Assembly (NCBI GenBank): GCA_050273025.1
Contig: CP158635.1
Location: 2,914,001 to 2,978,000 of the forward strand
Origin: Cenococcum geophilum
Taxonomy: Eukaryota
Direction: 5' to 3'
DNA length: 64,000 nucleotides
Both the position numbers and the translations under genes were made by a program. How positions within the stretch are numbered: the first letter of the stretch is position 1; each line of letters opens with the position of its first letter. The notes beneath the pieces are model-generated. The model did no database searches and was not told where the DNA came from. It saw only the letters and a list, made by a program, of their open reading frames with translations. This document shows positions 51,761 to 64,000 of the stretch, piece after piece.

Positions 51761-54700
51761 AGGCAGTATCTTGCCCCGGGAAGGATAGGCGTTAGAAGTG
51801 GATTATATATACTATTCCTGCTAAGGGAGGCGTTATTAGGGGTTATTGTTAACTTCCAATTCTAATTTATAACTTTATACAAATATCTCTAAACCCTGCT
51901 AAGGTATACGGCGTCCGTTAGGGATCGTTAGCTATTTAAATTTAGTAATAGCTTAGCTAATAGCTACTCCAAATAATGCTTTACTTATAGATCACTTTAG
52001 GCACCTATAGTTTCGGGCGTAGACAATATATAAGCTAAGAGTAATTACAGCCACTAAATATTGTACTATAGACACCACATAAAGTGGAAAAGGGCGGCTA
52101 GTATACTCCGCTTTTCCCTTCTACCTTCTGTTCTAACTCCGCCCTAGAAAAGAAATAGAATATAAACGTTATACCCCTAGTTCTTATATGCCATTAAATC
52201 GACTTACCTTTAAATCTAACCTCTTAACTATATATCCCTTACTATCTTTATAAGAATACTAGACATTATATATATTACCTTAACTAAGCTTAGATACGTT
52301 ACTAATATAACCTATAGGTCCTCAATCGGTACTTATAAAAACATTATAATATACTATCGCCTTAAAGATAATATACCTATTTATTAACTTGCTAAGAACC
52401 TTAAATTATCTTAGAATTATATTAATAATAAAGATATAGTATCTGCTAGCAGGGAGAAGAAACAGTTATAGCTTTCTAACCCTATGTAGAAACAGATGCC
52501 TTATACGCCTGCTTAAACACCTAATAACGTTAATTCTTACGAAAACGATAATAATATAAAGGGCGATATATAAGAGGATACGGAAATGTACCCTAATTAC
52601 CTTAAGGGACTAAAAGGCTACGGTAAAGCAGAGGTAAGCCTATATAAGCCAATAGAGGACAATAATAAGACTAAGATAAACTCGCCTTAACTAAAAGAGA
52701 ACTATATTAAAGGCTTATCCTAGCTAACGGATACTATTATAGGTCCTAAATATATGTCGCTAGTACCTCCAAGTACGTTTATAAAATATCTATATATTGC
52801 TTAGCAATACTAATAATTAAGTAGAGAATGGTTTGGCCAATCCTATAACCTTTTTTAGAGTTATAGCTCCTCTATATAAAGCATTAACAATTTCTAATAC
52901 TATAATTTTAGACAGATAGCTAAAGTATCTCTTATTATAGTTGCTAACTTACTATATAATAAAGGACTTAAAGCGTCTCTAAAACCCTAGATATAGATAT
53001 ATCGTATTTACGTTTAGTCCTATCGTAGTAGTATACTAGTATCCTACCTAGGTTTCACCCGCGGGTATACTATATAAGAGACTTATATCATTCTATACCA
53101 AAAATCCATATCACCTCCATTATTATACTAGGATACACAAACCGCTTAAAGATGTTATAATAGAGATAGCTTAGAGAAGTAAGCAAAGAGACCAACCAGG
53201 AAAGGCACTAGACGATTAATTAGAAGATCTATTAAGGGGAGGGACATATAAGAGAAGGTTAGATTGCACCATAAATAGAGCCTCTAAGAAGCTAAAGAAA
53301 TGAGAAATTTCTTATAAGAAAAGACTTTTATAATCACGTTTTTATTTTCTAGCGTTAAGAATTAAGGCATTAATTAGGATTTCCTTAGCTTAGTATTGTT
53401 TTTCTATCTAGTTACTTCCATATCAAAAGTATCTTATTATTGTTTATATATACGTTAGGTTAAAGTTAAAAACTTATATTATAATAAGCTTAATAAGCGG
53501 AAGGCGTATTATATAATATAAGGAGAATTACTACCTAAAGCTATAGATTATAGGTGCTCTGCATTCTAACTTTATTAAAGTAGTGTAGTTTAAAGCGCCT
53601 TAGTAAGAGGCGGGATAGAAAATCTATAAGTATTTAGGGCGGAAGCCGATTTCGCTAGCGACTATATAGCGGGACCGGTTAACTATAGTCCGATAGCGCT
53701 AATAAAGAATACGCTAAGTATTATTACAATCTAGTAATTAGTATAAGCAGCAAACACTAAAGTATCTGCGTTACTACTTACGCTAATCTAGTTATAAGCT
53801 AGCGAGCCTAGTAGCGTAGGTAATACGGGCTATTAGAATTACGCGGCTGTTAGATTTATATAGCCATTAAATTCTAGTAAAGGTTAACCAAAAAGTAAAT
53901 TACTTAGTGTAGGAAGGGGAGGTATCGGCAAATATTTTATACCAATATATATATAACCTAAAGAAATTCCAAGGAGTCTTAGATAACCTTACGCTTAAAA
54001 TTATCTAGCTTATACCATTACTCGCACCATTACTTACACTATTAACCTTTACCTAATTAACCCTCTATAGCTTCGCCTTTAACTAATATTTTAAGATATT
54101 TAGTACGGGTTCTTATCTAAACTCGCCTAGCCTAACTTTAGAAAATTTATCCTTTTATTAACCAGGCCAATACCAAATTAATTAAAAAACTATTAGTTAA
54201 AATAACCGGCAGCGTTAAAACAACAAATATATACTATCTTATTACAAGGATATTAGATAGGAAGAGATTGGGACAAATAGATATTATTTTTAACTATAGT
54301 GTATATCTAGACGCGCATTAACCTTAGGTTATAGCTTTTAATATAAAAGTTGGCGATTTAAGTTTAATAATTACGGAACTTTTTAATCCAGCTATATGGC
54401 CGAAGGTGAATGAGATAGTAGAGTGGTAAAGGGCAATAAATCTTAAATATAATGTTGATTTCCCAAGTTAAATAGATATTCGGAGGGAAGAATATATTAC
54501 CCTCTTAGTAAGTATTAACGTTTATTTTAAAATTTAAATACTAATATCTTTAATAGTCTTAGGCATCCGCATTATAAGCTTAGTATTATTAGTAACTAAC
54601 TAACACCTAATAACCCACCTATCTATCTACCCTAAATTATTACTACCACCTCCCTCTTCCTAGCTAAACTAATAACTACTTATATACCTAGCAGAGAATA

Positions 54701-57700
54701 ATTTCTTAATTATATATATTAACTTTCCTATTGTTTGTCTAATTTGCGGACTAAATTTTTACGCACCCTCCGAGATATAGTCTATTTAAGATAGCTTTAG
54801 TAAAATTTAAAATTAGCTAAAGGGAGCTACGCGCGGAGCATACTCTTACCTACTTAAAGTTAGTATATACTATTTTAGGTATAGTATATATAACCTACTT
54901 AATTATCGCTTACTAATAAGCTTAGTAGTGTTTTTAGTAAACAACCATAATACCTAGGTTGTAGGGTCCCCTCTACCTACTACACACTCAGGCAGTAATA
55001 TAGATCATCAATATTATCCTAATACTTCTTAGAAACATTACAGTCTACATATTCACATTAGGCCTATTAATAGGTTATTATCTAATATATAGTACGCTAC
55101 TATCCAGCAGTTAGTATGCCCTATTTTAGAAATCCCCCCTACGTTAAGCTTACCCAAATTAGGAATTATAGTAGACTTTATTATAAATGCTAGTCTAGGC
55201 GTTTAGGGGTTAATAAGAATTTATTCTTAGAATTAGAATAGTTTAAGAGTACCTTATAGGCATTTATATCATTTCCACAACTACTTAATATAGATTTCTT
55301 GGCAGCACCATTTAGATAAAAACGGCTGCAGTAATAGTGTCTTAAGAATATACACTAAAATATTAGGACTATTCTACTTTTAGATTTAGTTAGGCGTTTA
55401 AATTTAGCAGATTTACGTATCTTAATGCGGATGTCCGCACAGCGGAAACACTGGTGAGATTATTTTAGCCCTACTAAACGCCTAGCCTTATGCCTCTCCG
55501 CGTATACTAGCGGAATAAAAATGCCAGACTAATCCTAACCCGTCATAACGTTAGAGTTCTTAGGGTATTAGGCATTACTGCCGAATATATAATAACCGTA
55601 GAGGTTAGGCTATAGTTTAGCAGCCTAATAACTTATTATAAGTTAAACGGGGCGGAAAAATAAACTAATGGAAAATAGTGGGGCACGTATAGGACTAATA
55701 CTCGCGCGTCACCTGTTCTTTCCTCACTTTTTCTTACTTATATGCGTTAACTTACTCTCCCTAAACCTTAGAATTAGAAGTTGGTCGGTATATATAAGTC
55801 TATATATATAGTAGCATAAGGCCGTCGAAAACGGACTCTGCACCTGTACGTGGTGACGGCTACGAACCTGGGTCTTCGAAGTTCAGACTTAGAGCCAACG
55901 TAGAGACGTCGTATAGCGTGCGATAGGACCTGGTGGTCGTGGTTGTGAGCGTTGTGGGCGGTGGTGAAAATTTTTTAGATGGTGAGATCTCGAAAACCAC
56001 TACTGTGGCCCTCTACAATTCAGCTACGCTATTCTCCTATCAAGGCACCTATACAATCCAACGTGGATATACGGCATTCGATAGCATCCCCCGACCCCCA
56101 ATAGAAAGCATTAATGACCTCTTATATCGACAAACGAGCGATTGCGAACGAGTAAGCAGACGAATGAGCAAATATACGGCCCCTCCTAACCCCCAGGGCG
56201 ATCGCCCGCGGAGCATGCGGTTACTCGCCGTTTTTTCTACCAAATACTACCTAGCAGCCTGGATTGCGACCCACGGTTTTCCCTGTCTTCTTTTGACGGA
56301 GTAGTGACCCTTAGAAAGGGCCTAGCTGGGGCCTAGGCATAAAAGATACCCAAATATAACATAATATCCCGCTCGCTTATTAGTATTACGGTAGTTAGAA
56401 CGGATGAATCCCCCTTACGCCTTTAATAGGCCCTAGGGGGGGGAAGGCATGGCGTATATAGCAATGGTTAGACAAGAAATAGCATACAGGGGATGGCCAA
56501 GATATGGGAAACAGCAGTACGGTAATTAATTGGCAAGGCCTAGCTGGGACGTAGTGAACCCTAGCTAGGGTAAGCTAGAGAAGGAAGCAGTGGTTCCTAA
56601 GGAGTTCGAACATCTAAGGAGGACAGGACGTAGCCGTAGACCCGTAGGGCCGCCGCTACGGACGGACATGGTAAATCGGGGTTTTTCATCCTACTGAGGT
56701 GGCTCATAGGGTTTTTCCTCCCCCCCAGCAGCAAGGGTTTTTTCCCGTTAATATTACTTTTCCCTTGTGTACGGAGTAGTCTGCGTGGGGCTAGATAGCA
56801 TCCGTATCAGACGTTAATTAAAGAATTATTATTATTATATAGTAGCATAAAGGTATAGATTTTATATTATCTCTAGAAGAGCCTAATTTAGAGGTATATT
56901 CTAGGCCCTATTCTTTTAGCGGGACATCCGTAGTAAAAATATCCTCTTAAAATACCCCTACTAATCCTATAGTAGAAGTAAGCCTTATAGTACTAACAAT
57001 TAAATAGTAAGGCGGTAATATTTTAATAAACCCCCGCCTTTTATTACGTTATTATAGGCTCTTAATCCCTACTTGGATTTTTTAAGTGCCTTTAGTATCT
57101 ATAATCCTCCACTTTCTTAGCTATAAGGCTATAATCTTATTATAAACTAATATCCTCCGGCCCTAAGGAATTGAATTAATATTCTCCGCCTTCTACCGCA
57201 ACAACTCCGCTAGTAAAACCCACGGGCGTACCTTAAAATTAGGCTTCTTAACTCTAATAACTTTATAGCGCTTCTCTCCTCTAATAAACTATATAATATT
57301 ACTATAACTTTAGATAAACCTTATAGGATTAACTTCTTTTAATATCTCCTTAATAATATTGGGATCCGTCTCAGTATAAATAGCTTTAAACTTTCTTTTC
57401 TTTTTATCGTCCCTATATAATAACGCATTAATCCATTTACCAAAAGTAATAGCATTCTCCGCCTTTATATAGTACTTTTAAGTATTCTTAACAAAATTAT
57501 CTAGCTTTTAATTCTGCCGCTTTATAATAAAGTTTATTAAACGCGTATTAACCTTCGTAATGCCATTAACTTTAATATCTATTATAAACTTAAACGCCGT
57601 ATTTGGCTAGTTCGGCCTCTTTGATTTTATAGGCAAATTAAAAACTATAAAAATATAGTAATGTGGATTACTATCTATATAACGCTCTTAACTCCTAAAT

Positions 57701-58091
57701 ATTAACGTATTCTCCGGTATAAGAGCCTTTAACTTTATATAAAACTCTTTATAGTTAACAATTTAACTTTATAACTATATAACTAAAACGTACCGAATAT
57801 AAAGATAGAAAGGTTTTTTAATAACCTCTTCTTTACAATCCAAAGAAAAAATAATAGATTTAGGAGTGGTGGGCGCACTTATTAACCTAGTAATGTATTC
57901 TATAATATTATACCCATATTATAATTAAAAACGTTCACAACTATATACTCCCTATAATAATATAGTAAACATAGCTAATATGGCTAACATCCTACCACCT
58001 ACCTGTAGCGCAGTCTAACCTATAGTATAGACCCTTAAACCTATATCTAACCTACCTCTTTCTTGCTTATATCTCCAAATTCGCTTAAGTA

Positions 58092-58222
58092 AAGTACCTT
58101 TCTACTAAAGGTATTATAGGGAAGTTCATCAACCTATTAACCTAGCTTTTCCTAGGGCCTAGGAAAAGCTAGATCAATAAGTTAATAAACTTTCTTATAA
58201 TACCTTTGGTAGGAAGGTACTT
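58092..58222. repeat. 131-bp palindrome (65-bp arms, 1-nt spacer); third arm copy at about 59537-59603
   Basis: AAGTACCTTTC...CTTTTCCTAGG-G-CCTAGGAAAAG...GAAGGTACTT; mismatches are transitions. Confidence 0.9.
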
Positions 58223-60704
58223 AAGGCCATTAGAAACGGGTATATTAGTAAGAGCATATAGGTCGGCACTAGACGGATTTAGAAGACCTTAGGTTAGACA
58301 CAGCTACGCGCCGTTAGAGAAAAAAAACTAGTGGGTTTTAGACAGGTAGAGAAAGGGCAATAATAGGTTAGAGCATCGGTTAGAGAATGGTCTGGATTAA
58401 TTAAAACAAGTAAAGATATAGAGTATATTGGCCATGTAGTATTAGCGCAGATAGGGAGATAAGGGTTAAGGGATAGAAAAGGACCTTAGGTCATTTATTT
58501 TAATTGTTTTATTTTTTAAAAAATATAATAAATAGTAAGTGTAGTAATACTATATAGGAATAAGTGGCTAGACACAAAAGTAGGAATTAAATAGTCGATT
58601 CTAGGGACAACAGTAAGTTTAGGTTAAAAACTCTCTTCTAAAAATAAAGCTAAACAGTTATAGACTTCTTAACAAGCAATATCGACTCTAAGTCTAGTTA
58701 AGAGATAGCACTTTAAGGGTAATCACACTTAATATTTAACGGTTTATTATAACGTGGCTTGGTTATAGAATAGTATTCTAACTATTAAACCTATTTATTA
58801 TAAAAGTAATAAGGAGGTTAGTCCTCCTAGTTATAATAAAGATTAGAAACTTCATTTAAATATATAGCAATGGTATTGTTAGGCGGATATTAGGCAAGAT
58901 AGCGAAGGGGATATATTGCCTTATAACTCCTCTTAAGAAGTAAAGAAGAGGGAAAAGAGTAGTTTTACTGTTATTATAAAACCATTTCCCCTTAAAGAGA
59001 AAGATTTATTAAGTGTTAGCTTAAATAGTATTATTAGGAAAATAGGGTGGTTTATTAAAGATAGCTCGAGATATTAAGTACGTATTATTAAATTTTAGGT
59101 ATTTAGTTTTATGGTTTTTGGTCATTAGAGTAGTGTTACTAATACTTAATATATAAAGAGTTTTTAATTGTTGTTAGACACAAAAAGTATAAGGAACTCG
59201 ATACTCTTATTAAACTAATATTAATATAGTTATATTCTTAGTATAGAGGTTATATTATAACTATAAAGTATAGAGGTATAAAAACGTAGAGCGGCTCTAT
59301 AATAAGTGAAGTGAGTTAAAGGTACAAAGCAAGGAGAAAAAGGAAGGTAGGACGGTCGTTAGATAGGAATGGTATCATTAAGATTAAAGGAATACTTTAG
59401 GTATATAATAACGGCCTATAGAATACTTAGAGTATATTAGGCGGGGGTTACAGGACTAAAGGTTTTATACGGGCCGCTAGGCCTTATAGAAGAGATCTAG
59501 GTTTTTCTAGGTATAGCATAGCCACAGTTAATATTGCCCTAGGAAAAGCTAGGTCAATAGGTTAACGAACTTTCTAGTATTACCTTTAATAGAAAGGTAC
59601 TTTAGACGAGCGCATTTAGATATATAAGCGAGTGCTAAGGTAGATCGGGCATAGCTATAACCTATCCTACTGCGCCTTTATACTGTGGGAGCAGAATAAA
59701 CCTTATAGGGTTTAAAGAACGTTGCCATTAAGGACGACCTCGTTCTATAAATATTCTAATAGCTCCTTATTTAGAGGATATTACAAGCCAAGAATTAATT
59801 AATGCTCTAGGCGCACTTAGTATATAAATTTTTATGCTACGGATTTACATTTGGATACCTAAGTATATTAAAGCTAATATCTCTAGTAGTCTTAAGCACC
59901 AGTATAAAGCAGTAACTAAACCCTGCTGTCTTTATAGAACCCGGGCTAGCAACCAGCGAGCACTATATAGCTATTACCGACGTCCTAAAGAAAGGTGGTA
60001 CCTTAATAGATAGGATCGAAGACTGCTATAAGGAATTGGAAGGAGGGCCTAAAGCTATTACTCTACGCGCTGCCTATAGCGAGTTCGCAGCGTCTCTAGT
60101 ACGGTATCGCGATATAGTCCTAAAGGATTGCGTGGTGCATATAATATAAGGGAGAGAGAAATCTAAAGGCGTAGTTAAGCCCGCCTAGTAGGGAAACAAG
60201 GACGTATAGGTAAAGGGGAGGAGCTCCACAGGCTTAGTATTAGTAACATCCGGCTCTATAAAGACTTAGACACCCCTTTATAAGAAAGGGCTAAGCAGTT
60301 TAGGTTATATAATAGGGGCGTAAAGCGAGGGATTATGCGTTCCGTGGCTTAAATTAAGGCTATACACTTTTTCTATATTTTGTTAAAAGCCGTATAAGGC
60401 AAAGCGGCTGCAAACGCCTAAGCCGTAAATATAGTATTTTTAATCGGATTAGATAATTAATTGGCTTAGCATTGTCTTAGGCGTAAAGGTCTCCTTTTAC
60501 TTTTGAAAATTCTTATTTATAGCTCGCTTTAACCTTAGTAGTAATCTTTACTTTAAATATATCACTATAATACTAGATAATTAATAGCCTACTAGCGTTT
60601 TATAGGGTAACTAAGGTACAAGTTAGCTCTAAATTATATATTAATAAGGTAGGAATATTAAGAATAAATATAGGATCTACCCGTTAATATTGGCCTAAGT
60701 TTTA

Positions 60705-61010
60705 ACTAAAAACAAGATCTTATTCTAAGAATTAGATCTAATTCTAAAAACTATATTCTAATTCTAAAGGCTATATCCTAATTCTAGGTTCCGGACGTAC
60801 TAAACGTGACTAAAAAGGTATAGTATTGAGCCAAACGGACTATTTTTAGTTCTAGCTTAAATTGCGGTCTAAAAACCAGATCTAGTTCTAGAGACTAGAT
60901 TCTAATCCTAGTTTTAGGACATGGGCCAATTAACTACTATAAAAAGGGCACAATTCTAAAAACCGGATCTAGTTCTGGGAACTAGATTCTGTTTTCGGGG
61001 AACAGGTCAA
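60705..61010. repeat. Degenerate short-repeat cluster (GATCTAGTTCTRG.AACYAGATTCT)
   Basis: Recurs at about 60715-60790, 60877-60905 and 60962-60990. Confidence 0.6.
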
Positions 61011-61465
61011 TTAACCGCTGCGAAAAGAGGTTAACTATATCTATATTTGCATATTAGGTTTAGCTTATTTTAGAACTAGCCACGTAATTATTTATAGGCG
61101 CCTTTTTAGCCTCGCTATATAAGCCTTACGCGTTACAAAATAAACTAAAACCAATAAGTATAATTAGTTAAAGACTAGCATTAACTAAGCCTTATAAAGC
61201 CTTAGTCTAAGCTACATTAGATCAGCTTAACTTTTCCGCGCCCAATCTTTAATCCTCCGTATTCGCTCGTACCTTACTTTCTTCCTTATACTTTCCTCCC
61301 TAACTATTTCCTTATTATAAGACGCGCCCGACGTATACTCGGCCTCCCTACACTTATCTGCTATTATACCGTCCGTTATATACTAGCCTCTTTAATCTCC
61401 CCTTCTTATCTACCTCCCGCCTGCCACGTTAGCTCTTAACGTAGCTCTTAGTGCGTTTGCTTATA

Positions 61466-63845
61466 ATAGCAAATCTCTCCTAATTAGAGATAATTAAAAC
61501 GAAACCTATCGGAGAAGGACTAAATGACTTTTGCAATTTATTTAACTTAGCTTATTAGGATCTAAATATCTTTAGCTCTTTAGACTTATTACACCAGATA
61601 GGTAATAAAGGTAATTATTAATATACCTATTATAAGTTTCTATCTAATGCTTACAGAACTAAAGGATATTTTGCTCGATCTAGTACTAGCTCTACAGAGC
61701 CTTCTAGCTTCTTATTTATTACTATCTAACAGCAGTAATAAAAGCCTTCTTATTAATCTATTAAGACTTAATTTAGCGGTCGGTTCTGATAACTTTAATA
61801 TTAAGCGGTTTCTACCTCTTCTAAATGCGATCCTTCGGATTAAACCTAACAAGGTTATCTAGGAAAAGGTATACGCTACTATTATAGAGTCCACGCCTCT
61901 CCCCTGACTGCTACTATTCTACATTTAAACCCTATATCAACGCAATATAAGCAGCTTCGCCAACTCGTCTAAATATAGGAAATACGTAGATAATATTCTA
62001 AAGGAGGAGCTAGGCCCTCTTTATATGGGGATTCCTGGCTTATATAAAGCATTCTTTAGAGGAGTAAAAGGTCTTAAAGAGGTAAGCGCTGCCGTTTTTA
62101 AGAAATGTAAGGAAGGGGACAATTCACTATATGCTGAGGGCGGCTGGCGTAACTGGCCTGAAGGCGCGAAAGAATGTAAAGTCTTAAAGTGGTTTAATAA
62201 GCTAATTATATCATTTCTAGACTTTATAAAGGAGTACGGGTTCGTTCTAAAGGCACGATAAAGACTAGTAAAGTATACTTAGTAGCCCTTATAAGGATCT
62301 ACGGCCGACTAAAAGCTAGATATCGGCTTTATAAATAATCTAATAGCTAGCGAAAGCTCCTAATGCTATTAGTTGTATATACTTATACTAGGAGAGCTAA
62401 AGAGTAATCTAAACACTAATATAGCCTCAAAAGCATGGTTTGACTTAGGGAAATATATAAGGGAAGTATTTGCCGCTTAGGATAGTCGTTGCTTTATTCT
62501 AAGCTTTACCCTTTATAAATCTATTATGCGGTTATAGGAGTATAACCAGGTAGGAGGTATTATATTATCGCTATTTAATATTAATAAGGACGGACTACAA
62601 TTTACCTTAGCAATATTGGGATTTCTCTAAATAAATAAGGAGCAGCTTGGGTTTAACCCTACAATTTTAATATCGGACGGTAAACGGTATATTAAAATTA
62701 TACGTAACAACTAGACTAAGTGTCTTATCCTTAACGAACTTATAAAACAGGCACGCTATATTGCTAGTCAAGCGACTACTTACTAGAAAGTACACCGTAA
62801 GGGGACACCTAAGATACCCCTTATTATTAAAGACTCGTAGCAGTACTTAGAGCGCAAGGAAGAAGGCAAACTACTACATAAGATATTAGAGAAGGGAGTA
62901 GTTAACGTAGCTAGGTACTATCACTATAAGACTATTCGCGTAAGTGGATAAGATAATAACATCTTTAATATTCGCAAGGGGCTGGATATTACAAAAGCAA
63001 CAAACTATAAGCCAGAAAGTTTAATAATGCCTCTGAGACTAGCTAGAGTATAAGGAAGTATAAGAAAAGGTTAAAGTTCTAGCAGAAAGAGGTCTTCTAG
63101 CTATAGCGCCCTATTACCGCCCGGTAAGCGCCTATATTCGACCTTTTTAACTAAGTACCCTATTATATAGAATCGCGTATACTGACACGTTATTACTAGT
63201 GACTATAGGAAGCCTCTTTATAAGGCAAGCTCTTGGGCTGCAATACTTACTATACTAAAGGGTGGTATTAAAGGATATAAATCTTTATATACGTAGGCCG
63301 GCATTATCTAATATAACATTTTAATAGGCAACCTTATAATAAACGAGGAAGATAACAATCCTTTTTAGCCGGCATTCTTAATTGACTTCAATCTCGCGAT
63401 TAAAGAGAAGTAAGAAGGACCTTTAGGAGTATAGGGTAAGACTAATACGAGAGTGTTTATAGCTATAGGAGTGCTTCTAGGCGAGAAATACTCCTTTAGG
63501 CATAATCTGGAATTGTTCTTTTAGGTGCTTTTCTAAATATGCGTACATTATAATGGGTTAGGTAAAGATATCGGTCTAACTAAGTTTAAGTATTGGAACT
63601 ATAAGAATACTATAAAGCTAGCTAAGTTAAAATCGGGGCTAATAGGTAGAGAAGGCCATTTTCTTAACCGTATAGCTAAGGCATTTATACCCTACTACCA
63701 ACCGCTAAAGCCGTGGGTTAATAGGCTGCGGAAGGTGGTTTTCCTAATAGACGGGAAGTGGGAGAAGGAAGATAGGGCGCTTTATTCCTAGATAAAAGAG
63801 ATTCTTTAGTAAGTATAAAAGGATTTAAAGGTATTAGCAGAGTAG
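61466..63845 (+). pseudogene. FunK1 (fungal-specific Pkinase_fungal) protein kinase, RIP-inactivated
   Basis: GELKSN; DLGKYIREVFAA*DSRCFILSFTL; IASQATTY*K; IIKDS*QYLERKEEG; LIDFNLAI; GKTNTRVFIAIGVLLGEKYSFRHNLELFF*VLF*IC; intron 61611-61656. Confidence 0.88.
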
Positions 63846-64000
63846 ATAAAATAACATTTTATTGCCCTGTACTCTTTCACTACACAAGTTAAAGGTTTGC
63901 AGAGATTTGGGCGGCTAAGGCTAGGTAGCAGCCTTAGTTAAAACGCATATAAAATAGCATAAGGTGGGCTAAATAAACCTAGGAAAGCGGATAACCTATC

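Noticed and set aside
55933..56304. 123-aa ORF
   Set aside because: Non-ATG start, no recognisable motif, and an overlapping antisense ORF; unsupported.
61647..62261. Two small standalone ORFs
   Set aside because: Fragments of the single FunK1 pseudogene.

Overview
Heterochromatic, transposon-dense DNA from a filamentous ascomycete. Nearly everything shows repeat-induced point mutation (RIP): paired copies differ almost only by C>T/G>A transitions, and TA and stop codons are abundant. I find no intact gene. Positions 1-44.6 kb are a nested stack of mobile DNA. It holds four full-length Ty3/Gypsy chromovirus relics (A 1981-17870, B 10639-16615 inside A, C 20977-27337, D 37819-44590 on the minus strand), each with paired LTRs and a 5-bp TSD. 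It also holds a satellite-filled TIR insertion inside A, a train of four Tc1/mariner-type elements joined by single TA dinucleotides (18842-31961), and a complex GCAGAGCTT-based satellite. From about 44.6 kb there is a RIP-killed DUF3435 (Starship captain-like) tyrosine recombinase, about 14 kb of mostly unidentifiable degraded sequence, and a FunK1 kinase pseudogene, which together suggest a dead Starship-like element. The most notable signals are a 52-bp hairpin/CCAAT module shared by three unrelated retroelements in either orientation, the single-TA transposon train, and extra antisense zinc-motif genes carried by element A and by the Tc1 element. Protein calls come from manual translation with mental reversal of RIP, not from database searches.
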